A DNA stretch of 64,000 nt from an uncultured Chthonomonadaceae bacterium (GCA_963835065.1 CAWIEK010000008.1:1-64000); one strand, 5' to 3'; positions 1 to 9,969 are shown, counted from the stretch's first letter. Numbers and translations: made by a program. Notes: generated from the letters alone by a model not told the origin.

Positions 1-1
1 C

Positions 2-202
2 ATCAGCAAGTACACCGTCGCCGCCCGCCAGATCATCGTGTACATGGAAAAACTGGAACCGGGTCAGACCGTCACCCTGACCTACCAAATCAAGGCCAAG
101 TACCCGATCAAAGCGCGAACGCCCCTAAGCAAAGTCTACCCGTACTACAACCCGGAAAAGGTCGCCATTTCCGCCCCGCAGGACATTTTGGTACGGAAGT
201 AG
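2..202 (+). CDS. C-terminal fragment of an alpha-2-macroglobulin-family protein (runs off the window start)
   Basis: Hand translation of frame 2 gives ISKYTVAARQIIVYMEKLEPGQTVTLTYQIKAKYPIKARTPLSKVYPYYNPEK...*. The VYxYYNPE motif is typical of the A2M C-terminal domain. Confidence 0.7.
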   Translation: MSKYTVAARQIIVYMEKLEPGQTVTLTYQIKAKYPIKARTPLSKVYPYYNPEKVAISAPQDILVRK

Positions 203-211
203 GCGCGAGAT

Positions 212-379
212 TGTCTTGAACTATGATTTATGTGATTAACGGATTACCATGATTTTAGGACATGCTTTCTCATGGTAATCACATAAATCATGGGAAATCA
301 TGGTTCAAGACACCGTCATTATTCAGGCGACGCATCATCATAGCGATCATAATAATCACATAAATCATAGTTCAAGACA
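212..379. repeat. AT-rich palindromic repeat built from ~9-nt CATGATTTA-like units
   Basis: Perfect 27-bp IR TGTCTTGAACTATGATTTATGTGATTA (212-238, reverse complement at 353-379), plus a third arm at 276-312. Homologous to 6193-6297. Confidence 0.9.
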
Positions 380-1199
380 GTCTTTCCTGTTTCCAAGCGT
401 CAATTATTTGGCGGGAAAGGCTGAGGGGCGGGGGAAGCGGGGGCAGGTCGCGTACATCGAACCATGCGGCGTGATCCAGTTCTTCCTCGTCCAAGCGAAT
501 GTCGCCGCTCACGTAACGCGCCGTGAAGCCGACCATCAGTTGATGCGGGAAGGGCCAGGGCTGACTGCCTTCGTACACGATGTCGGCAACATGGAAGCCG
601 ACTTCTTCCTCCACTTCGCGCCGGACGCACTCTTCCAGCGACTCGCCCGGCAGCACGAAACCGGCCAAAATGCTGTACCGCGTTCCCCATCCCGGCTTGT
701 GCGCCAGCAATACCCTGTCCCCGCCGTCATGCACGAGGGCGAGGACGGCGGGGCTGACCTGCGGGTAACGGTCATGCCCACAGTTCGGACAATGGCGCAT
801 CCACTCCTGCCGCATCAGTTCCGTCGCGCTTCCACATACCGGGCAAAATTGGCTGACGCGCTGCCAGTGCAGAATTTGCGCAGCGTAGCCTGCAATCTGC
901 CATTCGGTTTCGCTTATTCGCCCGTACAGGCTGCGCAGATTGGCAGTTTGCCAGCCGTCGGGAAGCGGCATGTCTTCGGACACTTCGCAGGTTACATACG
1001 TCGTCTCCGCAACCCTGCCAAGCGTGAGAGGCGTAAACGCCGCAAGCGCCTGCCGGACAACAGCATTGTCCGGCAGGAGTTCCACGCCATCCCCGGCTGC
1101 CTGAACCAACACATCGGAGCCGCGCAAGGGCAGCCAGCGTATCGGGCCGACAGGCAAATCCGACACATACACCCGTTCAAAATCGGGATACAAAGACAT
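372..1199 (-). CDS. nudC: NAD(+) diphosphatase / NADH pyrophosphatase (Nudix, zinc ribbon)
   Basis: FCPVCG...CPNCG zinc ribbon, Nudix box GESLEECVRREVEEEVG and SQPWPFP motif. Likely start is ATG 1199, because the longer ORF start at 1235 lies inside a MITE. Confidence 0.92.
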   Translation of the reverse strand: MSLYPDFERVYVSDLPVGPIRWLPLRGSDVLVQAAGDGVELLPDNAVVRQALAAFTPLTLGRVAETTYVTCEVSEDMPLPDGWQTANLRSLYGRISETEWQIAGYAAQILHWQRVSQFCPVCGSATELMRQEWMRHCPNCGHDRYPQVSPAVLALVHDGGDRVLLAHKPGWGTRYSILAGFVLPGESLEECVRREVEEEVGFHVADIVYEGSQPWPFPHQLMVGFTARYVSGDIRLDEEELDHAAWFDVRDLPPLPPPLSLSRQIIDAWKQERLS

Positions 1200-1221
1200 A
1201 CGCGCTGTTCTTTCTGCCTTA

Positions 1222-1314
1222 GAGCCTATCCTCATAGGCCGGGCATTGAAAATACCCGGCAGGAAAAATCAAGCGTCCTGCGGACGCATATACCGCGCCT
1301 ATTGGGATAGGCTC
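1222..1314. mobile_element. 93-bp MITE with IS5-type ends
   Basis: 18-bp TIR, GAGCCTATCCTCATAGGC vs reverse complement GAGCCTATCCCAATAGGC (16/18). Flanked by TTA direct repeats at 1219-1221 and 1315-1317. Confidence 0.7.
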
Positions 1315-1386
1315 TTATGCGCAGGGGCCAGCCCGTCGGGCCAAGATGCGGTAACAATAGGTTTTCTATGCCGGGTTACACGACAA

Positions 1387-2709
1387 TTACTTTCGGCGCT
1401 TCAAGCGGTCAATCAGCACCGCGCCCAAGATCACTAATCCGAGTACCACTTTTTGGGTGTAGGGTTCTACGTTCATCAGGTTCATGCCGTTGCGGATCAC
1501 GGCAATGATGAACGCGCCGATGAGTGTGCCGAAAATATAGCCCTGCCCGCCCGACAGACTGGTTCCGCCGACTACGACTGCCGCGATTACATACAGTTCG
1601 TACATGTTGCCATAGGTGGGCGACCCGGCTTTCAACTGCGAAACCGTAATCACGCCGCCGATGCCCGCCATCAGGCCGGATACCAGATAGGCGAACAGCA
1701 GCGTTTTGCCGACGCTGACGCCCGACAAGCGTGACGCTTCCGGGTTGCCGCCGACGGCGTAAATCTGCCGCCCGATGCGCGAACGGGCCATCACGACATG
1801 CGCCACGATGTAAATGAGCAGCATCAGCACGACCGTATTGGGGATGCCGAACAGCCCTGTTCCCCGTCCAAGCCAGGTAAAGGAGGGAGAAATATCGTAC
1901 AGGGATTGCCCCTGCGTGATGATAAACGCCAGCCCGCTCGCCACCTGCATCATTGCCAATGTGGCGATAAATGGCGGGATGCGAAAGCGGGTAATCATCA
2001 GGCCGGAAAACACGCCCACCGCGCCGCTCAAAGCAATGGCGGTAAGGCTTGCCCCAAGCATGATACCGGCAGAAGCGTTCGCGCCCCCGCCCGCGTGGAT
2101 CAGCCAGGCGGTTGCCACCGCAGACAGGGCGATTAAACTGCCGACGGACAAATCTATGCCACCCGTTAAAATCACCAGCGTCATGCCGACCGCGAGAATG
2201 GCGATCACGGCGATCTGGTCAGCGATGTTGCGCAGGTTGCCGGGTGACAGAAACGTGGAGCGCTTGCCGCCTGTGGGGGAAATGATTTTTGTTTGCGCAA
2301 AGGCGGGGTATTGAGTTTTCAGGGCGTTCCAGACCGCCCAATCCCGCGCCTGAACGGTTGTGGCAACCGTGTCGGGAACGTGTCCCGCAGCCGCCAGTTT
2401 TTCCAGTTCCTGCCGCGCGTCCGGCGGGTTGCCCGCGATGCGCGCGGCAACGCCTAAATGCTCCTGCGCGAAACGCTTTTCCAGCGCGTCGGCAAACTCT
2501 TTGTCGCTGTCTCCCGGCGTGACCACAATTACCACGCTTGCCGGACGGGGCTGCAATGCCAGAATATCCGCCGCCAGCGATTCGCCGCCTTCCTGACCGA
2601 CTGGAACTTCCGTATGGTAGGTGGCGACGGCAAAAAAGCCGCACAAAACCAGCAGGACGCCCAGCATCCCATACGCCAGCAGAAATTGGCGCACATCCGC
2701 TTTTTTCAT
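1387..2709 (-). CDS. rbsC: Monosaccharide (ribose-type) ABC transporter permease with an extra N-terminal soluble domain
   Basis: GGIDLSVGS, IPPFIATL, AVGGNPEASRLSG and IAAVVVGGTSLSGG motifs of the BPD_transp_2 family. Confidence 0.88.
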   Translation of the reverse strand: MKKADVRQFLLAYGMLGVLLVLCGFFAVATYHTEVPVGQEGGESLAADILALQPRPASVVIVVTPGDSDKEFADALEKRFAQEHLGVAARIAGNPPDARQELEKLAAAGHVPDTVATTVQARDWAVWNALKTQYPAFAQTKIISPTGGKRSTFLSPGNLRNIADQIAVIAILAVGMTLVILTGGIDLSVGSLIALSAVATAWLIHAGGGANASAGIMLGASLTAIALSGAVGVFSGLMITRFRIPPFIATLAMMQVASGLAFIITQGQSLYDISPSFTWLGRGTGLFGIPNTVVLMLLIYIVAHVVMARSRIGRQIYAVGGNPEASRLSGVSVGKTLLFAYLVSGLMAGIGGVITVSQLKAGSPTYGNMYELYVIAAVVVGGTSLSGGQGYIFGTLIGAFIIAVIRNGMNLMNVEPYTQKVVLGLVILGAVLIDRLKRRK

Positions 2710-2775
2710 GAAACCTCTTCTATCAATCCCCGCAAATGCGGCAAGCCCTGTCTCATGCAGACTTAGGAAAAAGGG

Positions 2776-3774
2776 CTATTTGACGGTTGCGTCTTTCTCG
2801 GCTTCGGCCTTGTGGTAGAGTTGCGTCGGTATCAGCACTTCGGGGGGAACCGTTTCGCCGGCCATGTATTTTGTAATCGTGGCTATCGTCATTTGGGCGA
2901 TTTTGTCCGGGTACTGAATGGCGTCGGCGTAGATTTTGCCGTCCTTGATCGCTTTGCGGGCTTCCAGTTGGCCGTCGAAGCCGATGACTTTCACTTTATC
3001 CGCCCGTCCCGATTTTTCCAGCGCGGCGACTGCGCCCAGAGCGGACGGGTCGTTGATGGCGAAAATGCCGTCCAATTGCGGGTTGCCCTGCAAAATATCC
3101 TGCGCCGCGCTGAAGGATTTGTCCCGGTCGCCGCCGCCGGGCAGTTGCGCGACAATGGTAATGTCCTTGTGGGCGCTGAGAACTTCCTTGAAGCCTTTGG
3201 TGCGCTGAATCACGGACTCGACTTCGGGATAATCCAGAATAGCCACTTTGCCCTTGCCGCCAATCGCCTCGACCATCGCTTCCCCGGCCAGTTTGCCGCC
3301 GGAGTAGTTGTCGGTTGCGACATGCGCGGTTACTGTGGCGGTCTTGTCAAGGCAGGCAATATCCACTGTGAACACGGGAATGCTCGCTTTGTTGGCGTCC
3401 TGAATGGCCGTGCCGATGGAGCGCGAGTCACACGGGGAAAGCACAATTGCGCTGACTTTCTTGACGATGAAGTCCTTCACCTGATCTTTCTGGCGGGCGG
3501 GATCGTTTTCCCCGGCAACCACAACGACCTCATACCCCTGCTTCTTCCCCTCTTCGGTCATCACATCGCCGATGGTCTTGAAGAACGGGTTTGTCAGCGT
3601 GAGCAGTGATACGCCGATAACGCCTTTGGACTTGCCGCCCCCACTGTCAGGCGCGGGCGTGGCGGTTCCCGTCGTGCCGGGAGTGGGCGCGGAAGCGGTT
3701 TCAGTCTGCTTGCCGCAGCCGAACAGCACCGCGCAGCAAAGCGTGGCAAACAGCGCCACAAGTGATTTTTTCAT
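2776..3774 (-). CDS. rbsB: Sugar ABC transporter substrate-binding lipoprotein (RbsB-like)
   Basis: Lipobox LFGC; NPFF, ATDNYSGG, NDPSALGA and GFDG motifs of periplasmic sugar-binding proteins. Confidence 0.88.
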   Translation of the reverse strand: MKKSLVALFATLCCAVLFGCGKQTETASAPTPGTTGTATPAPDSGGGKSKGVIGVSLLTLTNPFFKTIGDVMTEEGKKQGYEVVVVAGENDPARQKDQVKDFIVKKVSAIVLSPCDSRSIGTAIQDANKASIPVFTVDIACLDKTATVTAHVATDNYSGGKLAGEAMVEAIGGKGKVAILDYPEVESVIQRTKGFKEVLSAHKDITIVAQLPGGGDRDKSFSAAQDILQGNPQLDGIFAINDPSALGAVAALEKSGRADKVKVIGFDGQLEARKAIKDGKIYADAIQYPDKIAQMTIATITKYMAGETVPPEVLIPTQLYHKAEAEKDATVK

Positions 3775-3868
3775 GAGTCAGGCTCCAAAAGGTAGGTGTC
3801 GGCGGCGCGTCTCGTTACGCAACTTCGCCGCAAGCGTCTGCGTAAAAACCCTGTCTGGAAAGAAACTA

Positions 3869-4019
3869 TTCACCACCAAGACGCCAAGAACACCAAGAGA
3901 AAACAGGCAACACAGTAGGTTTAGAATCGAAGACAATTTCGTTCTCTCCTGTAATTTCACAACGTCTTTCTTCTCATTCTTCTCGTTCTGCTTGGTGTTC
4001 TTGGCGTCTTGGTGGTGAA
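3869..4019. repeat. Nonamer-type palindromic element, copy 1
   Basis: Perfect 29-bp IR TTCACCACCAAGACGCCAAGAACACCAAG (3869-3897 / 3991-4019). The spacer is homologous to copies at 23289 and 60813. Confidence 0.92.
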
Positions 4020-4059
4020 CAAATACTATGAATAGACAGTAATTCGGGAAGGGTCTACG

Positions 4060-5124
4060 ATGGCGCATTTGTTTTCACCGCTTGCTATTCGCGGGGTCGG
4101 GTTTCGCAACCGTATCATCGTGTCGCCGATGTGCATGTACAGCAGCGAGGACGGGTTTGCCAACGAGTGGCATGTCGTGCATCTGGGCAGTCGCGCCGTT
4201 GGCGGCGCGGGATTGGTGCTGACCGAAGCGGCGGCGGTGGAAGCGCGGGGCCGCATCAGCCCGCAGGATTTGGGCTTGTATCAGGACGCGCACATCGAAC
4301 CCCTGCGCCGCATCAACCGCTTTATCCACGAACATGGCGCGATTGCGGGCGTTCAACTGGCCCATGCCGGACGCAAGGCAAGCACCGCCCGTCCGTGGGA
4401 AGGCGGCAAGCCTGTCGGCGTTGAACAAGGCGGCTGGCAGCCGGTTGTCGGGCCAAGCGCGATTCCATTTACGGAGGGTTATCAGACGCCGCAGGAATTG
4501 GACGAGGCCGATATTCAAACCCTCGTTCGCGCCTGGGGCATTGCGGCGCAGCGCGCTTTGGAAGCCGAATTTCAGGTCATCGAAATCCACGCCGCGCACG
4601 GCTACCTGCTGCACGAGTTTTTATCCCCTCTCAGCAACCGGCGCACAGATCGCTACGGGGGCAGTCTTGCCAACCGCGCCCGCCTGCTTTGCGAGGTTGC
4701 TCAGGAGATTCGACGCCACTGGCCGGAAAACCTGCCCCTTTTTGCACGACTTTCCGTAACGGATTGGACGGAAGGCGGCTGGGACGCAGAACAGTCTATG
4801 GAAGTGGCGCGGCAATTGAAGTCGTTGGGCGTGGATTTGATAGACTGCTCTTCCGGCGGCAATGTGCCCCGCGCTGAGATTCCCCTCGGACCGGGCTATC
4901 AAACCGAGTTTGCCGCCCGCATCCGGCGCGAGTCGGACATTTTGACGGGCGCGGTTGGCATGATTACCGCGCCCGCGCAGGCAGACCATATTATCCGAAC
5001 CGGGCAGGCCGATATGGTGCTGCTGGCGCGCGAACTGCTGCGCGATCCTTACTGGCCGTGCCGCGCCGCCCAGGAACTGCGTCAGGAGATTCCCTCACCG
5101 CCGCAGTATGCGCGTTCGTGGTAA
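4060..5124 (+). CDS. namA: NADH:flavin oxidoreductase (old yellow enzyme, YqjM/NamA type)
   Basis: SPMCMYS, QLAHAGRKAS, EIHAAHGYLLHEFLSP and LARELLRDPYW motifs. Confidence 0.9.
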   Translation: MAHLFSPLAIRGVGFRNRIIVSPMCMYSSEDGFANEWHVVHLGSRAVGGAGLVLTEAAAVEARGRISPQDLGLYQDAHIEPLRRINRFIHEHGAIAGVQLAHAGRKASTARPWEGGKPVGVEQGGWQPVVGPSAIPFTEGYQTPQELDEADIQTLVRAWGIAAQRALEAEFQVIEIHAAHGYLLHEFLSPLSNRRTDRYGGSLANRARLLCEVAQEIRRHWPENLPLFARLSVTDWTEGGWDAEQSMEVARQLKSLGVDLIDCSSGGNVPRAEIPLGPGYQTEFAARIRRESDILTGAVGMITAPAQADHIIRTGQADMVLLARELLRDPYWPCRAAQELRQEIPSPPQYARSW

Positions 5125-5154
5125 TCGCTTTATAAATTTTAGGAGACAACCATC

Positions 5155-6108
5155 GTGCCGCCTGCTCCTGTATTATCTCCGACGCTGCCGTTTCTCTCGT
5201 TTTCGCGGGAGGAGTGGGCGCAGTTGCGGGCGTCTACGCCGCTGACGCTGACCGAAGCGGATTTGAACGCCCTGCGCGGCATCAATGAGCGCATTTCGTT
5301 GCAGGAAGTGGAAGCCATTCACCTGCCGATTTCGCGCCTGCTGAATCTGTATGTCACGGCCACGCAGCAACTGCATCGCGTCACGTCCACGTTTTTGGAC
5401 AGCCCCGCGCCAAAAGTGCCGTATGTGATCGGGTTGGCGGGCAGTGTGGCGGTGGGCAAAAGCACGACCGCCCGTATCCTGCAAGCCCTGCTGTCGCGCT
5501 GGCCCGCGCATCCGCATGTGGATTTGGTGACGACGGACGGCTTTTTGTACCCGAACGCGACCCTCAAAGAGCGCGGCATTATGCACCGCAAAGGCTTTCC
5601 CGAAAGCTACGATTTGCGGCGACTGGTGCGCTTTGTGCGCGACGTGAAATCCGGCGGCGAACCTGTGACGGCTCCCATCTATTCGCACCTGCGCTATGAC
5701 ATTGTGCCGGACAAATTGCAGACCGTAAACCAGCCCGACATTCTGATTTTGGAAGGCTTGAACGTTTTGCAGCGCGGCGAGTCGAGTGGCGAATCGTCGC
5801 GCGTTCTGGTGTCCGACTTTTTCGATTTTTCGCTGTACGTGGACGCGGAAGAAGCCGACATCGAGCAATGGTTTCTGGAGCGTTTCTTCCGCCTGCGCGA
5901 AACGGCCTTTCAAGACACGGCTTCGTTCTTCCACCACTACGCCGAATTGTCTGCGGAACAAGCCGAAGATACCGCCCGCGACATTTGGAAGCGCATCAAC
6001 GGCGTAAACCTGCGCGAAAACATCCTCCCCACCCGCGAACGCGCCAACCTCATCCTGCAAAAGAGCGCAAGCCACGCCGTTCAGCGCGTGTGGCTGCGCA
6101 AACTCTAA
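5155..6108 (+). CDS. coaA: Type I pantothenate kinase
   Basis: GSVAVGKST Walker [23 protein letters not shown] and NILPTRERA motifs. Confidence 0.96.
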   Translation: MPPAPVLSPTLPFLSFSREEWAQLRASTPLTLTEADLNALRGINERISLQEVEAIHLPISRLLNLYVTATQQLHRVTSTFLDSPAPKVPYVIGLAGSVAVGKSTTARILQALLSRWPAHPHVDLVTTDGFLYPNATLKERGIMHRKGFPESYDLRRLVRFVRDVKSGGEPVTAPIYSHLRYDIVPDKLQTVNQPDILILEGLNVLQRGESSGESSRVLVSDFFDFSLYVDAEEADIEQWFLERFFRLRETAFQDTASFFHHYAELSAEQAEDTARDIWKRINGVNLRENILPTRERANLILQKSASHAVQRVWLRKL

Positions 6109-6192
6109 TTTTCCACATAAACGCAGCCTCTTTGAAATTCAAGCAGGAATTGTCAGCCTGTCCATGCAATAGATACGGCAATTACTGTTTCG

Positions 6193-6297
6193 TTGTCTTG
6201 AACCATGATTTCACATGATTGTTGTGATTACCATGAGGACGTGCCTCCTAAAATCATGTTAATCTCATAAATCATGTGAAATCATGGTTCAAGACAA
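6193..6297. repeat. AT-rich palindromic repeat, second copy
   Basis: Perfect 28-bp IR TTGTCTTGAACCATGATTTCACATGATT (6193-6220 / 6270-6297). Confidence 0.9.
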
Positions 6298-6328
6298 GGA
6301 ACTGCATCTTTATCCCCGGAGGACTGCT

Positions 6329-7237
6329 ATGAACCTGTTCCTGCGCTGTTCTGCTCTGCTTGCCGTTTTCTTTTGCTGTGGTATTGTTCCCTTGTGTGCG
6401 CAGCAGAAGGAAGACGGCGGCAAAATCGTTGTGGAAAACGATGTGGAGTACGCCAATCCCGACAATCAGCATTTGATGGTGGATATGGCGCGGCCTGCGG
6501 AGGGGAAGGGGCCGTTTCCCGCCGTGCTGTGCATTCACGGGGGCGGGTTTCGGGCGGGAGACAGACACGGCTATGACGGGCTGATACGGGAATTTGCCAG
6601 GCGGGGCTATGTGGCCGCAACGGTGGAGTATCGCCTGACGCCCAAGTACCCGTTTCCCGCTGCGATTCACGATGTGAAAGCGGCTGTGCGCTGGCTGCGG
6701 GGCAATGCCGCCAAATATCACATTGACCCGGAGCGCATCGGCGTGACGGGCGGTTCGGCGGGCGGGCATCTGGCGCAGTTTTTGGGCGTGACGGCGGACG
6801 TTGCCGAATTCGAGGGCAAAGCAGAAAACGAAGGCAACTACGATCAGTCCAGCCGCGTGACGTGCGTGGTCAACAATTACGGGCCGAGCGATTTCACCAA
6901 GTCCTATGGCAAAAGCGTGGACGCGGCGGAAGTGCTGCCCCTGTTTTTGGGCGGCAATCTGGAGCAGGCGCGGCAAAAGCATATTCTTGCCAGCCCGCTT
7001 TACTGGGTCACGCCCCACGCCGCGCCAACCCTGTGCGTTCACGGAACCAAAGACAATTATGTGGCTTACGAGCAGGCCGTGTGGCTTGTGGACAAATTGA
7101 AAGCGGCAGGCGTGGAAGCCGAACTCCTCACATTGGAAGGCGCGGGACACGGTTTCAGCGGCGAAGCCGCGCAAAAAGCCGACGTCGCCATGTTCGCTTT
7201 CTTTAACAAACATCTCAAACCGCAGCCGTCGCTATGA
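6329..7237 (+). CDS. Secreted alpha/beta hydrolase (esterase/lipase, BD-FAE-like)
   Basis: Signal peptide, HGGGF oxyanion motif, GGSAGG nucleophile, HGTKD and GAGHG. ATG 6329 has a GGAGG RBS. Confidence 0.88.
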   Translation: MNLFLRCSALLAVFFCCGIVPLCAQQKEDGGKIVVENDVEYANPDNQHLMVDMARPAEGKGPFPAVLCIHGGGFRAGDRHGYDGLIREFARRGYVAATVEYRLTPKYPFPAAIHDVKAAVRWLRGNAAKYHIDPERIGVTGGSAGGHLAQFLGVTADVAEFEGKAENEGNYDQSSRVTCVVNNYGPSDFTKSYGKSVDAAEVLPLFLGGNLEQARQKHILASPLYWVTPHAAPTLCVHGTKDNYVAYEQAVWLVDKLKAAGVEAELLTLEGAGHGFSGEAAQKADVAMFAFFNKHLKPQPSL

Positions 7238-7611
7238 ACAAAACTGTTAAAGCGGGGAGGGTTTCAGCGCATTTGCATGCAGCCGTGAGGGCGTTGGAAA
7301 AAGGATATGTAGAGTCATCGTCGAAATCTTGGCAATACAGCGCTTCCAGCCCGATGTCTCGTTGTGTCTGATTGTCGAAGAGAGGCGTCGTGACCTCAAA
7401 AGCGTCAGGGCGAACGGGAGGGTTGGAACATAGGTATGCACCTCCTTTGCGGAATAGTAGACACTTGTGCTTTATAGACTGCGTTTGTGGGGCAAAGGTT
7501 TCCTGTTTTCGCGTTGTGAGGCACTTTTTTTTAGATATTTTATGCGGCATGGCTGCTGTTGGGATTGCGTGGGAACGGGGAGAGCAGCGGGCAAAAAACC
7601 GACACCACCTG

Positions 7612-7707
7612 AAGTTGGGTGCAGCAAGCAACGCCTCTAAAGTTGGGCGCAGCAAGCAGCGCCCCTACGAACGCAAGCGCAGCACGCAACGCCCCTACGA
7701 GCGCAAG
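7612..7707. repeat. Tandem cluster of three GTAG-type REP-like units (28-30 bp)
   Basis: GCAGCAAGCAACGCCTCTA, GCAGCAAGCAGCGCCCCTAC and GCAGCACGCAACGCCCCTAC in tandem, immediately upstream of lctP. Confidence 0.7.
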
Positions 7708-7718
7708 GAAGCGTTTCT

Positions 7719-9404
7719 ATGATCTATACCCAAAACTACCATCCGCTTTCCTCGGTTCCGCTGTGTATTCTGCTGGCGGCGCTGCCCGTGCTGGTGCTGT
7801 TCGCGCTGCTGGTGGTCAAACGCGCCCCTGTGCCGATTGCCGCTGCGGGTGGAGCGTTGGCGGCGTTTGTGGTTGCTGTTGCAATGTATGGGATGCCCGT
7901 TGGCATGGCTTCGATGGCGTTTATGAATGGAGCCTTGTTCGCGCTTCTGCCCATCGGGTATGTGCTGGCCGGGGCGATGCTGCTGTACAACATCACGGTG
8001 GAAACGGGCTGCTTTGCGCGGATTAAAGAGTCGGTCGCGGGCTTGTCGCCGGATCACAGGCTGCAGGCCGTGCTGATCGCGTTTTGTTTCGGGGCGTTTT
8101 TGGAGGGCGCGGCGGGAGCGGGTACGCCCGTTGCCATCTGCGCGGCCATGCTGGTCGGGCTGGGGTTCAAGCCATTTCAGGCGGCGTTTTTGTGTTTGAT
8201 TGCCAATACCTCGCCCGTTGCGTATGGCGGGTTTGGGACGCCCCTGCTCACGCTGCAAGGCGTCACGGGACTGGACATTCGCGCTCTGAGCCACATGGCG
8301 GGCAATCAACTGCCCATTCTGTCGTGCATCATTCCCCTGTGGCTGGTGCGCAGCATGTGCGGCTGGCGGGAAACGCGGGAAGCCCTGCCTGCCATTGTGG
8401 TCGCGGGCGGCTCGTTCGCGCTGTGCCAGTTCCTATTCGCGCACTCGCCCTATTACGCGCTGACCGATCTGGCGGGCGGCTTGATTTCGCTTGTGCTGAC
8501 GGGCGGGTTTTTGCGCATCTGGAAACCCCGGCGGACGTGGCGCTACGAGGCGCGTAATCTGGAGGGGCGCGAAGACGAGATTGCCGCCGTACACCAGATT
8601 GGCGAAAACATCGCGCCCCGCGTCAGTCTCAAAGCAACGCTGTCGGCGTGGATGCCGTTTATCGTGCTGTGCGTGCTGATGGTGGGTATCGGAACCAACA
8701 AAGCAAGGCTGGACAGCCTGCAAATCGGGCCGATCCGGGGCCTGTACGAACTGCATCTGCACGGACTGGACAGGCAGGTACAGCGCACTCCGCCCGTTGT
8801 GGAAACGAACACGCTGGAGCCTGCCGTCTTCAAATTGAACTGGATTACCACGCCCGGAACTTCCGTTCTGCTGGCTGTCCTGCTCGTATTGAAACTGCTG
8901 AAAGTAACGCGCCTGCAATTTCGCGCCGCCCTGAAACGCACCACGCTGCAAATGCGGGTTCCCATTCCCACCATTATCTTCATGCTCGGTCTGGGTTCCA
9001 TTACGCGATTAGGCGGATTGGACGCGACATTGGGCATGGCGTTCAAGAACACGGGCGTCTTTTATCCGTTTTTCGCGGCCCTGCTCGGCTGGCTCGGCGT
9101 GTTTCTGACGGGCACGGACGCGGGCAGCAACGCCCTGTTCGGCAGCCTGCAAAAGATCACGGCTTTGCAATTGCATCTCAGCCCGATTTTGATTTGCGTG
9201 GCGAACTCATCCGGCGGCGTAATGGGCAAAATGATTGACGCGCAATCCATCTGCGTCGCCACCTCGGCAACGGAACAGGTCGGCACGGAAGCCGACATTT
9301 TCAAAGTCGTCCTGCGTCACAGCATCGTTCTCGCCGCGATTATGGGCCTGATCGTCCTGCTGCAAGCCTACGTCTACCCCTTCACTCTCATGGTTCCACA
9401 TTGA
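7719..9404 (+). CDS. lctP: L-lactate permease
   Basis: 561-aa polytopic membrane protein with FGAFLEGAAGAGTP, LIANTSPVAYG, LTGTDAGSNALFG and GKMIDAQSI motifs. Confidence 0.93.
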   Translation: MIYTQNYHPLSSVPLCILLAALPVLVLFALLVVKRAPVPIAAAGGALAAFVVAVAMYGMPVGMASMAFMNGALFALLPIGYVLAGAMLLYNITVETGCFARIKESVAGLSPDHRLQAVLIAFCFGAFLEGAAGAGTPVAICAAMLVGLGFKPFQAAFLCLIANTSPVAYGGFGTPLLTLQGVTGLDIRALSHMAGNQLPILSCIIPLWLVRSMCGWRETREALPAIVVAGGSFALCQFLFAHSPYYALTDLAGGLISLVLTGGFLRIWKPRRTWRYEARNLEGREDEIAAVHQIGENIAPRVSLKATLSAWMPFIVLCVLMVGIGTNKARLDSLQIGPIRGLYELHLHGLDRQVQRTPPVVETNTLEPAVFKLNWITTPGTSVLLAVLLVLKLLKVTRLQFRAALKRTTLQMRVPIPTIIFMLGLGSITRLGGLDATLGMAFKNTGVFYPFFAALLGWLGVFLTGTDAGSNALFGSLQKITALQLHLSPILICVANSSGGVMGKMIDAQSICVATSATEQVGTEADIFKVVLRHSIVLAAIMGLIVLLQAYVYPFTLMVPH

Positions 9405-9521
9405 TGAGATAACCCTCCTACGCAGATTAGGGATCAAGCGGTGTGCCATGTGCATCCGCTGATAGTGAATCATCTGGCAGATGTCATTTCGCCTAATCAG
9501 CCTACTGTAATGGGGGCTATT

Positions 9522-9920
9522 TCATGCGCTTAGGTTACTGAGTTGCTGAATCAGCGTACGCACCGGCTCTGCCTGCAAAAACTCCTTTAACGTTGCTTTC
9601 AGTTCAACCTCATCGGCACACTCCTGCATATTGTTGCCACCCGGAAACACGCAAATCGGCTTCCCGGAAAGCGGAACATAGGCGCGCAGCAAGGTTTCCT
9701 CATAGCTGCGCGCGCTTGAACTGATAATCACCCGGTACTCCTGACCGTACTCCACATTGGGGAAGCCTTTTTCGAGCCAACTGCGTACCGTATGATCCGT
9801 CGCGATTTCGATAGCTTCCGACACTTCGCGCAAGATGTTGACGGCGGGTTGCGTGTTGTCCGGCATCGGATTGCGCAAGACGTCGACAAACTCATTCGTA
9901 TTGATCATTTGTGTCTCCAC
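9522..9920 (-). CDS. Hypothetical protein in the islet
   Basis: 132-aa ORF with protein-like composition and no recognised family. Confidence 0.65.
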   Translation of the reverse strand: METQMINTNEFVDVLRNPMPDNTQPAVNILREVSEAIEIATDHTVRSWLEKGFPNVEYGQEYRVIISSSARSYEETLLRAYVPLSGKPICVFPGGNNMQECADEVELKATLKEFLQAEPVRTLIQQLSNLSA

Positions 9921-9969
9921 GTACTTCCACTCTGTGTCTTTAAGGGTCTGTAAATCTATAACTTCCCGG

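Noticed and set aside
3778..4068. Small ORFs containing HHQDAKNTK / LGVLGVLVV (also 23119-23469 and 60680-61060)
   Set aside because: They are translations of the palindromic repeat, with no evidence of being genes.
7612..7707. 28-30-bp repeats as a CRISPR array
   Set aside because: The units are contiguous, with no unique spacers and no cas genes; they fit REP-like repeats.
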